A stretch of DNA of 33,411 nucleotides from a virus (taxonomy: Duplodnaviria > Caudoviricetes): IMG/VR virus record IMGVR_UViG_3300028585_000052, positions 1-33,411 of that record. One strand, 5' to 3'. Made by a program: the position numbers and the translations under genes. Shown here piece after piece: positions 6,810 to 14,381 of this stretch. Every line of letters starts with the position of its first letter. Position 1 is the first letter of the stretch. The notes below the pieces were generated by a model. The model was given only the letters and a program-made list of their open reading frames with translations, did no database searches and had not been told where the DNA came from.

Positions 6810-7605
6810 GCCAGTCCAAGCGACTCCAGAACTGCCTCCGGGCACCCGTATTCAGCCTGCTGAGTGCGAAACCCACGGCGCCTACGAACAGCGAGTCTTC
6901 TCCGTGCTTAACAGGGAGCTCAGAAGTAACTGCCCTGAATGCACCCGAATCGCCCGCGAGAAATCCGAAGCCGCAGAGCAGGCCAACAAGGCGATGGAGC
7001 TGCGCATGTCGCTTGCTCGCAAGCTGGGCGATGCGCTGATCCCGAAACGCTTTACTACTCGCACCCTGGCCAACTACCAGGCCGAGAACGACGGCCAGCG
7101 CAAAGCCCTCAGGTTCTGCCAGCACTACGTGCAGATCTTTGACGAGATCCTGAAGACCGGTCGCTGCATGGTGCTGATCGGCAAGCCCGGTACCGGGAAA
7201 ACCCATCTCGGCGCCGGCATGGCCAACGAGCTGCTGCACAACACTTCGCGCACGGCCGTGTACCGCACTGTCGGCGCAATCCTACAGGCGATCCGATCCA
7301 CGTACGACAAGCACAGCGAACGCAGCGAGGCAGAGATTCTGTCGAGCCTGATCGATCCCGATCTGCTGGTGCTGGACGAGGTAGGCGTGAGCAAGGAACA
7401 GCCGAGCGACTTCGAGTTGACGATCCTGTTCGCAATCATCAACGGACGGTACGAGCAGGAGCGCCCGACGGTGGTGATCTCCAACCTCGATGCGCACCAG
7501 CTGGCGGGCGCCATGGGTGAGCGCTGCGTCGACCGTCTGCGCGAGGGCGGAATGATCGTGGTCCCGTTCGACTGGGAATCTCAGCGCGGCAAGGAAGGGT
7601 TTTGA
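6799..7605 (+). CDS. DnaC/IstB-like AAA+ helicase loader
   Basis: Walker A GKPGTGKT, Walker B LLVLDE, zinc-like CxxH..CxxC, DRL; follows initiator. Confidence 0.92.
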   Translation: MRSEPVQATPELPPGTRIQPAECETHGAYEQRVFSVLNRELRSNCPECTRIAREKSEAAEQANKAMELRMSLARKLGDALIPKRFTTRTLANYQAENDGQRKALRFCQHYVQIFDEILKTGRCMVLIGKPGTGKTHLGAGMANELLHNTSRTAVYRTVGAILQAIRSTYDKHSERSEAEILSSLIDPDLLVLDEVGVSKEQPSDFELTILFAIINGRYEQERPTVVISNLDAHQLAGAMGERCVDRLREGGMIVVPFDWESQRGKEGF

Positions 7606-7606
7606 C

Positions 7607-7969
7607 ATGACCGATTACACAGAACTTAAGCGGCTGGCAGAGGCCGCAAAAGACGATCCATCTTCGCCATATATCCCATGCCAAGTTGGGTTCCAAAGCG
7701 CGGCGACCCCTGAAGTGGTCCTGGCCCTCGTCAAGGAGATTGAGAGCCACAAGCGCATGCTTCTGGCGGCCGTTTGCGACCTTGGCGCGATTGGCGAAGC
7801 ACTCAAGTCCGACATGGACGCGGACGGCGATGAGTTGCTCGGCATGGTCATCGACCTGAAAGCACAGAACACTCGGATGCTCGAATGGCTCAAGGACATT
7901 AGCCGCACGTCCGGCGACAAGGGCGCTGTTATGGGCGCTCGCCAACTGCTCAAGGAGTTCGCCGAATGA
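7607..7969 (+). CDS. Hypothetical protein, Ead/Ea22-like N-terminus
   Basis: MTDYTELKRLAEAA...AATPEVVLALVKEIE motif. Confidence 0.75.
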   Translation: MTDYTELKRLAEAAKDDPSSPYIPCQVGFQSAATPEVVLALVKEIESHKRMLLAAVCDLGAIGEALKSDMDADGDELLGMVIDLKAQNTRMLEWLKDISRTSGDKGAVMGARQLLKEFAE

Positions 7970-8445
7970 ATGACTTACTCGATTTGAAGGCGATTGCCGA
8001 AGTGTGCCAGCAGCATCAGCCGCTTCGCTTCATGCGCAGCCACGGCGCGTTGTACATCCGCAACGACAACGGAATCGTCTTTGACGTGCATCAGGACCGG
8101 TCATTCCCCGAGTTCATGGCGCAGAACAAGGATTACGCGGATCTGGTGCTTGCTGCGAATCCTGCGGCGGTCTTGACCCTGATCGCCGAGAACGAATGCC
8201 TGCGGGCAGATCTGCGAGAGGTGAAAGACGCCAAGCTTGGCCTGAGCTGGGCTATCGGCGAAATCATGGGGGAGTGTGATCGCTTCAAGGTCGAGAACGA
8301 GGCTCTTCGCAAGGATGCCGATCGCCTGCAGAGCGCTACAGCTTTCGTTCAGAAGCTGCGTGATTCCGCAGGGAAGCAGCCAAGTGTGGCGACGGGTTAT
8401 CTGCATGACATCCTTTCAGCCTTGGGCAAGGGAGAGCAGTCATGA
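7966..8445 (+). CDS. Hypothetical protein, Ead/Ea22-like with coiled coil
   Basis: AANPAAVLTLIAENE motif; ATGA overlaps at both ends. Confidence 0.75.
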   Translation: MNDLLDLKAIAEVCQQHQPLRFMRSHGALYIRNDNGIVFDVHQDRSFPEFMAQNKDYADLVLAANPAAVLTLIAENECLRADLREVKDAKLGLSWAIGEIMGECDRFKVENEALRKDADRLQSATAFVQKLRDSAGKQPSVATGYLHDILSALGKGEQS

Positions 8446-8843
8446 GCGCCGAGTTCGCAATCCGCAGCCAACGCGATATCAGCCGCCTCATGGGCGTCCT
8501 GCATGCAACCGACTTCACCAAACCCAAGATCGTGGTCATCAAGGACGAGAAGCGCCCGGACGTCTGCAACCGCAAGATGTGGGCAATGCTCAAGGACGTA
8601 TCCGAGCAGGTGATCTGGCATGGCAAGAAACTGACCAGTGAAGACTGGAAGTGCCTCTTCAGTGCCTCGCTGGAGAAGCAGCGCGCCGAGCCAGGCCTCG
8701 ACGGTGGATTCGTCGTGATGGCCGTATCGACCCGCAAGCAGTCCCAGAAGTGGTTCAGCGATCTATTCGAGCTGATGCATGCCTTCGGCGCCGAGCATGG
8801 TGTGCGCTGGACTGAGCAGGACAAGTGGGGAGGGCGGTATTGA
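8442..8843 (+). CDS. ninB: NinB/Orf family recombination protein
   Basis: N.KMWAML.DVS.QV.WHG.KL..EDWK.LF and ELM.AFGAE.GV.W motifs. Confidence 0.9.
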   Translation: MSAEFAIRSQRDISRLMGVLHATDFTKPKIVVIKDEKRPDVCNRKMWAMLKDVSEQVIWHGKKLTSEDWKCLFSASLEKQRAEPGLDGGFVVMAVSTRKQSQKWFSDLFELMHAFGAEHGVRWTEQDKWGGRY

Positions 8844-9010
8844 TGACTCCAGCAGAGCAATTCTGGATTGTGATTTTCCTCTCCTTGGTCGTCGGGGTAA
8901 TTGCTGGACATTTCATCGAGCGGCGCCGCAAGCAATCGCTAGCAGAGTTCGAACGCAAGCGCAAAGCCCGAAAGGAAGAAGTAGAGCGAGCAGCAAGGAA
9001 AGCATTATGA
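8843..9010 (+). CDS. Small single-TM membrane protein with basic tail
   Basis: FWIVIFLSLVVGVIAGHFI then ERRRK; coupled to ninB (TGATG) and ninG (ATGA). Confidence 0.65.
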   Translation: MTPAEQFWIVIFLSLVVGVIAGHFIERRRKQSLAEFERKRKARKEEVERAARKAL

Positions 9011-9591
9011 GCCTCACTGTGAAGCAGTCCCGCCCGAAGAAATGCCGAGTAGCCGAATGCCGGGCCACATTCGTCCCTGCGCAACCATTTCAAACCTGGT
9101 GCTCCCCTGACTGTGCGGTAGTGATCATCCGCCAGCGACAAGAGAAGCAGCGCAAGTCGTTCGCCCAGCGCGAACGCCGGGACATCAAGGTGCGCAAGGA
9201 TAAGCTGAAGAACAGGTCGGATCATGCCAAGGACACCCAACAAGCCTTCAACGAGTGGATACGCCTGCGCGACGCCGCCCTCCCTTGTGTCAGCTGCGGG
9301 CGGCACCACGACGGCCAGTATCACGCCGGCCATTACCGGACCGTCGCAGCCAGCCCAGAGCTGCGCTTCGAACCGATCAACGTGCACAAACAGTGCGCGC
9401 CCTGCAACAACCACAAGTCCGGCGACATCGTGAACTACCGAATCGAGCTGGTGAAGCGAATTGGCGCCGAGGCAGTCGAGTGGCTGGAGGGGCCGCACGA
9501 ACCGAAGAAGTACACCGTCGAGCAACTGAAGGCTATGACCGCCGAATACCGGGCCAAGACCCGCGAACTGAAGAAGGGGCAGGCAGCATGA
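9007..9591 (+). CDS. ninG: NinG/Rap family endonuclease
   Basis: Zn-finger N-terminus, FNEWIRLRD...CVSCG...HAGHYR...LRF...N.HKQC..CN; start set at ATG 9007. Confidence 0.92.
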   Translation: MSLTVKQSRPKKCRVAECRATFVPAQPFQTWCSPDCAVVIIRQRQEKQRKSFAQRERRDIKVRKDKLKNRSDHAKDTQQAFNEWIRLRDAALPCVSCGRHHDGQYHAGHYRTVAASPELRFEPINVHKQCAPCNNHKSGDIVNYRIELVKRIGAEAVEWLEGPHEPKKYTVEQLKAMTAEYRAKTRELKKGQAA

Positions 9592-10169
9592 AAATCAACT
9601 CAGCGCGCCAGGCTTGGCATGACTGCAAATACAACCCGGCCCCCGGCCAGACCTCCGACGTCGTCCAGCTCGGCGTGGTGGTGCAGAACACCGAACGCGG
9701 CCCAACGGCAAACCATGCGGTCCACGGTGCGCTTGCTGGGCATATCCAATCAGCGATCGAGCGGCTGCACCCGCAGATCCGCGTGTTCGGTGACTTCATG
9801 TACGCGGCCGAGCAGAGCGACGACATTCGGGAGGCGGCGGAAGAGGTTGTTTTCCTGCTGGTGCAAACTCGGTCGCCGCGGATGACAGCGGCGAAGCGGG
9901 AGAAGCTGGAATATGTGGTGAAGGGGATCATGCGCCGGTACCGGTACATGCACCAGGGCGGGCAATCGTCAAACGAGGACCCGCTGGCCAACGCCGAGAA
10001 GTTCCGGGCGTGGATGTGGCAGGTGTACGAGGTGCGGCTGGAGTCGTGCAACTGGGAGCGGGATTGGGGCGGTGTAATCCAGCTGATTTTCGAGTGCTGC
10101 GAGGATCTGGATCGTCGCGCTTTGAGCCCGGTAGCAGCCGTGATTTACGAAATGCGCGAGGCCGCTTGA
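9588..10169 (+). CDS. Putative late-gene antiterminator (Q position)
   Basis: MKINSARQAWHD start, C-terminal LDRRALSPVA; lies directly before a promoter-terminator pair and the lysis genes. Function inferred mainly from position. Confidence 0.7.
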   Translation: MKINSARQAWHDCKYNPAPGQTSDVVQLGVVVQNTERGPTANHAVHGALAGHIQSAIERLHPQIRVFGDFMYAAEQSDDIREAAEEVVFLLVQTRSPRMTAAKREKLEYVVKGIMRRYRYMHQGGQSSNEDPLANAEKFRAWMWQVYEVRLESCNWERDWGGVIQLIFECCEDLDRRALSPVAAVIYEMREAA

Positions 10170-10176
10170 GGGCCTA

Positions 10177-10205
10177 TTGCGTTCCCGTGCGGCTCATGGC
10201 ATGAT
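10177..10205 (+). promoter_or_regulatory. Late promoter pR'
   Basis: TTGCGT, 17-bp spacer, CATGAT with extended -10 TG; directly after Q-like gene. Confidence 0.6.
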
Positions 10206-10253
10206 TTCGCCACTGTTAGAGTTTTGCCTCCGGCAACTTACTCTCGAAACACT

Positions 10254-10281
10254 AAACCCGGCCACTGCGCCGGGTTTTTTA
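10254..10281 (+). terminator. tR'-like intrinsic terminator
   Basis: AAACCCGGC-cactgc-GCCGGGTTTTTT. Confidence 0.85.
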
Positions 10282-10294
10282 TGCCTCGAATTTA

Positions 10295-10492
10295 CCTGTA
10301 GCCGGGACAGCCCTCGGGAAGGCCTGGACGTCGATAGCCGGATAGTGCGACGCACGGATCAACGCCGGCAGCCCGTGCACCCTGACCTCACAATGCTTTC
10401 AGGGTGGCGCGAGACAGCAACAGCGAGATCGATGCAAAGGGGCGTCGACGCTGGGATGGTCTTTGGCCGACAGCTCGGAAAGACGAGCGCAC
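10295..10492 (+). ncRNA. Candidate structured ncRNA in late leader
   Basis: Helices 10337-41/10365-69, 10378-85/10399-406, 10421-35/10442-53, 10473-77/10484-88; bounded by terminators; no convincing ORF. Confidence 0.55.
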
Positions 10493-10497
10493 CTATT

Positions 10498-10531
10498 CAG
10501 GGCCTCTGCATTAGCAGGGGCTTTTTCGTTT
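10498..10531 (+). terminator. Terminator, direct-repeat copy 1
   Basis: GCCTCTGC-atta-GCAGGGGC-TTTTT; 28/34 identical to 10724-10757. Confidence 0.8.
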
Positions 10532-10544
10532 GTGGAGGTTCGGC

Positions 10545-10721
10545 ATGGGCCTTAAAAGACTCGAAGATACGGCAGCGTTCGTCGTGGTAGATGGCATCGT
10601 TTGCATTAACTGGGCACGCATTGATGCCTCTATCATCGAAAATGCAAAGCCGGTTGACTCGATTACGCCAGAGCAGCGCGTGTTCCTGAAGGGCCTCACG
10701 TTCGGCCCCATCAATCATTAA
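10545..10721 (+). CDS. Microprotein (58 aa) carrying a J tail-tip-like motif
   Basis: GGAGG SD; AFVVVDGIVCINWARIDASIIENAK aligns with J PFAVEGGQVFVDSLLVKDGSIVNAK. Confidence 0.7.
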   Translation: MGLKRLEDTAAFVVVDGIVCINWARIDASIIENAKPVDSITPEQRVFLKGLTFGPINH

Positions 10722-10723
10722 TA

Positions 10724-10757
10724 CAGGGCCTTGGCATTGGCCAAGGCTTTTTCGTTT
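10724..10757 (+). terminator. Terminator, direct-repeat copy 2
   Basis: GCCTTGGC-attg-GCCAAGGC-TTTTT. Confidence 0.8.
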
Positions 10758-10840
10758 TCGGCTCCCCACACCCATTGCCCCGAGCTGGGAGTGCAGCGGA
10801 CGCCGGATTTATCAATCTCCCCATGGGGGAGGCAACTCGG

Positions 10841-11164
10841 ATGCCTACCATGCCTGATAAGCCAGACACCTGGGCCAAGATCTGGCTGGCGTTGAGCAAT
10901 CCGCTCTGGCAGGGCGCAATCATGGCCATCACCGTATCGTTGCTTCGCGTGATGTACGACGCGAAGGAAACCAGTAAGCGTCGGATCCTTTTCGAATCGC
11001 TGATCTGTGGATCGCTGAGCCTTGTTGCGTCCAGCGTGATCGAGTGGATGACCTGGCCGCCCAGTCTGTCGGTTGCTGCCGGAGGGACTATTGGGTTCCT
11101 CGGCGTGACAGCCATACGCGAACTGGTGACCCGTTTCCTCGGTCGCAAGGCGGATGCCGCATGA
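10841..11164 (+). CDS. Lambda-family holin
   Basis: MPDKPDTW..., three hydrophobic segments, GG.IGFLGV, basic C-terminus; possible second start at 10850. Confidence 0.88.
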   Translation: MPTMPDKPDTWAKIWLALSNPLWQGAIMAITVSLLRVMYDAKETSKRRILFESLICGSLSLVASSVIEWMTWPPSLSVAAGGTIGFLGVTAIRELVTRFLGRKADAA

Positions 11165-11547
11165 AGGCTTTCGCTGCTGCAATCATCATTGCTTTGGTCG
11201 GCCTGCTCCTCATTGGGATTCAGCAGTCGCGCGTCATCGCCCTTCGCGGGGAGGTGGCATTCGAAGCCAGCGAGAAGAAGAAGGCGGTCGACGCCAACCT
11301 CGAAAGCCAGGCCACGATCACCACGCTTCGCGCCGAAGCCCAGCGCAACGCCGATTACCAGAAAGACCTGAACAAGCGTTTACAGGCCAGCCAGGCCAAA
11401 GCCAGAAAGGCGGAGAAGAACTTTGAAGAACTCAAACGCAACAGCAAGCCTGTTCGTGATTGGGCTGCTCAGCCTCTGCCTGACGGCCTGCGCGGTAAAG
11501 CCGCAAGTGGTAACAAAGACAGCGGCGGTAAGAGTCGAGCCCCCTGA
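11161..11547 (+). CDS. rz: Rz-like inner-membrane spanin
   Basis: N-terminal TM, coiled coil, C-terminal VRDWAAQPLPD; overlapped by lipoprotein ORF. Confidence 0.82.
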   Translation: MKAFAAAIIIALVGLLLIGIQQSRVIALRGEVAFEASEKKKAVDANLESQATITTLRAEAQRNADYQKDLNKRLQASQAKARKAEKNFEELKRNSKPVRDWAAQPLPDGLRGKAASGNKDSGGKSRAP

Positions 11548-11689
11548 GCTGGTGCCATGCGAGCGGGTAGCCGATGAAGACCTCGCTGACAACGGCCAGC
11601 TGTGGGAATTGAAGAACCAAGCCATCAACCTGCTCGACACCTGTGCAGACCAGGTGGATGCGCAGATCAAGCGCAGTCAGAGCAAGTAG
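11423..11689 (+). CDS. rz1: Rz1-like outer-membrane lipoprotein spanin (start may be GTG 11456)
   Basis: Lipobox LTAC, Pro-containing segment and further Cys residues; overlaps Rz 3' end in another frame. Confidence 0.8.
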   Translation: MKNSNATASLFVIGLLSLCLTACAVKPQVVTKTAAVRVEPPELVPCERVADEDLADNGQLWELKNQAINLLDTCADQVDAQIKRSQSK

Positions 11690-11691
11690 GT

Positions 11692-11731
11692 CGCGACACG
11701 TTTCGCGAGAGTGCAAATTGTGTCGCGACAC
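11692..11731. repeat. Bipartite palindromic site, copy 2 (between rz1 and acb2), inverted relative to copy 1
   Basis: CGCGACACGTTT-N10-CAAATTGTGTCGCGACAC; both arms (18 and 12 bp) are exact reverse complements of 5297-5336. Confidence 0.85.
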
Positions 11732-11748
11732 GCGACGAGGAGAGCAGC

Positions 11749-11979
11749 ATGGATAACCAGCACAAGAAGATCACCGGCTACCGAGACCTGACCCAGTCTG
11801 AGATCGACGGCATGAACTCCATCAAGGCTCTGGAAGCGGACGCCGGCGAACTGTTCAAGCAGATCGGCCAGATTGAAGGAGTTGACCCGCGCCTGCTGGC
11901 CTTGGCAAAGACCAATCTCCAGCAGGGCTTCATGTGGTTCGTTCGCTCGATCGCCAAGCCTGCTGATCCATTCAGCTGA
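11749..11979 (+). CDS. acb2: Acb2-family anti-CBASS cyclic-oligonucleotide sponge
   Basis: MDNQHKKITGYRDLTQSEIDGMNSIK...LALAKTNLQQGFMWFVRSIAKP matches the Acb2 pattern I recall (MDNQHKKIKGYRDL..EEID.MN..K...LAI.KT..Q.G.M...RAIA.P); GAGGAG SD. Confidence 0.9.
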   Translation: MDNQHKKITGYRDLTQSEIDGMNSIKALEADAGELFKQIGQIEGVDPRLLALAKTNLQQGFMWFVRSIAKPADPFS

Positions 11980-12170
11980 TGAGCAACGTTACCCGACTGC
12001 GTCATGCGCTTCCCTTGAGCTCCGACATCAACAAGGCTGTGATTGAACTGGATGCCGCTATCGCCAAGGCAATCGATGCCGCCAAGTCCGCCGGTCTGCC
12101 TCAAGGTCTGGTGGTGGCAATCCTCCACGGACAGGCTCACGCCCAGACGCACGAAATGGTGAAGGCATGA
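11979..12170 (+). CDS. Hypothetical protein (63 aa)
   Basis: Coupled to acb2 by TGATG overlap. Confidence 0.75.
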   Translation: MSNVTRLRHALPLSSDINKAVIELDAAIAKAIDAAKSAGLPQGLVVAILHGQAHAQTHEMVKA

Positions 12171-12355
12171 CTGCACAAATCCATGACATCGCGGGCCAGC
12201 GTCCGCACCTGATGGTAGCAGCCAGTGACGGCGCCCATGTCATCCCGCGCGCGCTGATCCAGTCAGTGATCGACGGAAAGCAGCCCTCCACCATCCTCAC
12301 CGAGCCGGTAGTGCAGCGCATCATCGAAGAATGGCTGCAGAAGGTCACCAATTAG
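12167..12355 (+). CDS. Hypothetical protein (62 aa)
   Basis: ATGA overlap with previous gene; ends just before terminase small subunit. Confidence 0.7.
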   Translation: MTAQIHDIAGQRPHLMVAASDGAHVIPRALIQSVIDGKQPSTILTEPVVQRIIEEWLQKVTN

Positions 12356-12363
12356 GATTCTCC

Positions 12364-12885
12364 ATGACAACCAAGCAACCCGACTGGGAGGCGATCGAAC
12401 GAGCCTACCGGGCTGGGTCGCTTTCAGTTCGAGCAATCGCCGAAGAGAGCAACATCTCTCACGTAGCGATTGCCAAGCGAGCGAAGAAGGAAGGCTGGGT
12501 GCGCGACCTGACGGATAAGGTCAGAGCCGCAGCCAAGCGAAAGGTTACCAGCGCGGTTACCACGGAAAGTTACCAAGATCCACTGGTAACCGAAGAACAG
12601 ATCATTGAGGAGGCTTCCGACAAGGTTGCCTCTGTAGTGCTCGCGCACCGGGTTGATCTCGCTCAGTGGCGAGGCATTGCGAACAAGCTCAGCGCCGCGC
12701 TTCAGGCCATGACAGTCAACGAGGCGAACATCGGCGACTTCTCCCGATCGCTCAACGCTGGCGTCGATGCCCAACTCAAGGTCATCAAGGGCGAGCGCCA
12801 GGCCTACAACCTCGACACGGAAGAGGGTGACAAGACAGTCGATACCCTGGCCGCGATGATGGACGAACTATCGAAGGACGCCTGA
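12364..12885 (+). CDS. terS: Terminase small subunit
   Basis: PDWEAIERAYRAG.LSVR.IA...I.KRAKKEGW.RDL HTH N-terminus; directly upstream of terL. Confidence 0.85.
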   Translation: MTTKQPDWEAIERAYRAGSLSVRAIAEESNISHVAIAKRAKKEGWVRDLTDKVRAAAKRKVTSAVTTESYQDPLVTEEQIIEEASDKVASVVLAHRVDLAQWRGIANKLSAALQAMTVNEANIGDFSRSLNAGVDAQLKVIKGERQAYNLDTEEGDKTVDTLAAMMDELSKDA

Positions 12886-12886
12886 C

Positions 12887-14374
12887 ATGAAGCCCGAGCA
12901 CATGAAGCTGCTCCGGGATAAGCGTTGGCGGTTGAACAATCTCTACTTCATCACCGACAAGCAGGGCAAGAAAGTCCGCTTCCGGATGACGGACGAGCAG
13001 ATTGAATACTTCGATGGGATGCACACGCGGAACATCATCCTGAAGGCTCGGCAGCTCGGCTTCACCACTGAGTGCTGCATCATCCAACTGGACGCCGCTC
13101 TGTTCGAGTCGGCCAAGTGCGCGCTGATCGCCCACACCCTGAACGACGCCAAGCGCCTGTTCCGGGAGAAGGTGAAGTACGCCTACGACAACCTGCCGAA
13201 AGAGATCCGCGCGGCGAACCCGGCGAGTAACGACGCCGCCGGCGAACTGGTATTCAGCAAGGGCGGTTCGCTTTACGTCAGCACCTCGTTCCGGGGCGGC
13301 ACGCTGCGTTACCTGCACGTCTCCGAGTTCGGGAAGATCTGCGCCAAGTTCCCGCACAAGGCCCGCGAGATCGTCACCGGCGCCTTCGAGGCTGTCGCCA
13401 CCGATTGCTTCGTCACGATTGAATCGACGGCGGAGGGGCGGGCGGGCTACTTCTTCGAGTACTCGCAGAGCGCCGAGAAACAGCTGCTGTCCGGCACGCC
13501 GCTCGGCAAGCTGGACTGGAAGTTCTTCTTCTTCAGTTGGTGGAAGAACAAGGCCTACTGGCTCGACCCAGCCGAAGCGATCATCCCGCAGCGGCTGACC
13601 GACTACTTCAACGAACTGTTCGCCAAGCACGGCATTGACACCAACCCCGGCCAGCGCGCCTGGTACGCCGCCAAGGAGAAGACCCTCGGCGACGACATGA
13701 AGCGGGAATACCCATCGATTCCGGCCGAAGCCTTCCAGCAGTCGATCGAGGGCGCCTACTACGCCCAGCAGTTCACCAAGCTGTATGCCGCTCAGCGCAT
13801 CGGCACGCTGCCAGACAACAGCCACTTACCGGTGATGACCTTCTGGGACATCGGCGTCGGGGACTCCACGGCCATCTGGTTCGTGCGTCAGGTCGGCAAC
13901 GAGTACCACGTCATCGACTTCTACCAGAACAGCGGGGAAGGCCTGCGGCACTACATGAAGGTGCTCAAGGACAAGGGTTACACCTACTCCGAGCACTGGG
14001 GGCCGCACGACATCGACAACCGCGAGTTCGGCAGCGATGCCAAGACCCGCCGGGAAATGGCGCGCGAAGGCTACGAGATCGACGGCCAGCACTACCGCAT
14101 GATTTTCCAGGTCGTGCCGAAGATCGGCGTCGACGACGGTATCGACCAGGCGCGGGAGATCCTCGCCCACTGCGCCTTTGATGAGGCGAAGTGCGAAGAG
14201 GGCATCACCGCGCTCGAGAACTACCGCAAAGAGTGGGACGACAAGAAGGGCTGCTGGAAAGACCGGCCGCTTCACGACTGGGCGTCTCACCCTGCCGACG
14301 CATGGCGCTACTTCGCTGTAGCCAAAACCAAGCGCGCAACCATGACCCACATTCCTGTCACCTTCACTTTCTGA
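12887..14374 (+). CDS. terL: Terminase large subunit
   Basis: ILKARQLGFTT Walker A-like, HVSE Walker B, ESTAEG motif, nuclease WDIG..D and SHPADA.RY. Confidence 0.95.
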   Translation: MKPEHMKLLRDKRWRLNNLYFITDKQGKKVRFRMTDEQIEYFDGMHTRNIILKARQLGFTTECCIIQLDAALFESAKCALIAHTLNDAKRLFREKVKYAYDNLPKEIRAANPASNDAAGELVFSKGGSLYVSTSFRGGTLRYLHVSEFGKICAKFPHKAREIVTGAFEAVATDCFVTIESTAEGRAGYFFEYSQSAEKQLLSGTPLGKLDWKFFFFSWWKNKAYWLDPAEAIIPQRLTDYFNELFAKHGIDTNPGQRAWYAAKEKTLGDDMKREYPSIPAEAFQQSIEGAYYAQQFTKLYAAQRIGTLPDNSHLPVMTFWDIGVGDSTAIWFVRQVGNEYHVIDFYQNSGEGLRHYMKVLKDKGYTYSEHWGPHDIDNREFGSDAKTRREMAREGYEIDGQHYRMIFQVVPKIGVDDGIDQAREILAHCAFDEAKCEEGITALENYRKEWDDKKGCWKDRPLHDWASHPADAWRYFAVAKTKRATMTHIPVTFTF

Positions 14375-14381
14375 GGCCCAT

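Noticed and set aside
8779-9587. Extended N-termini in the ORF track (ninG from 8779, Q-like from 9255; likewise HNH from 2831, acb2 from 11602, Rz from 11044)
   Set aside because: The extensions overlap upstream genes or structured RNA; downstream ATGs have SD sequences or stop-start coupling and family-typical N-termini.
10511-10775. Minus-strand ORFs opposite the 58-aa J-mimic as an antisense partner gene
   Set aside because: No SD, they run through terminator hairpins, and composition looks non-coding, unlike the 23428-23676 gene.
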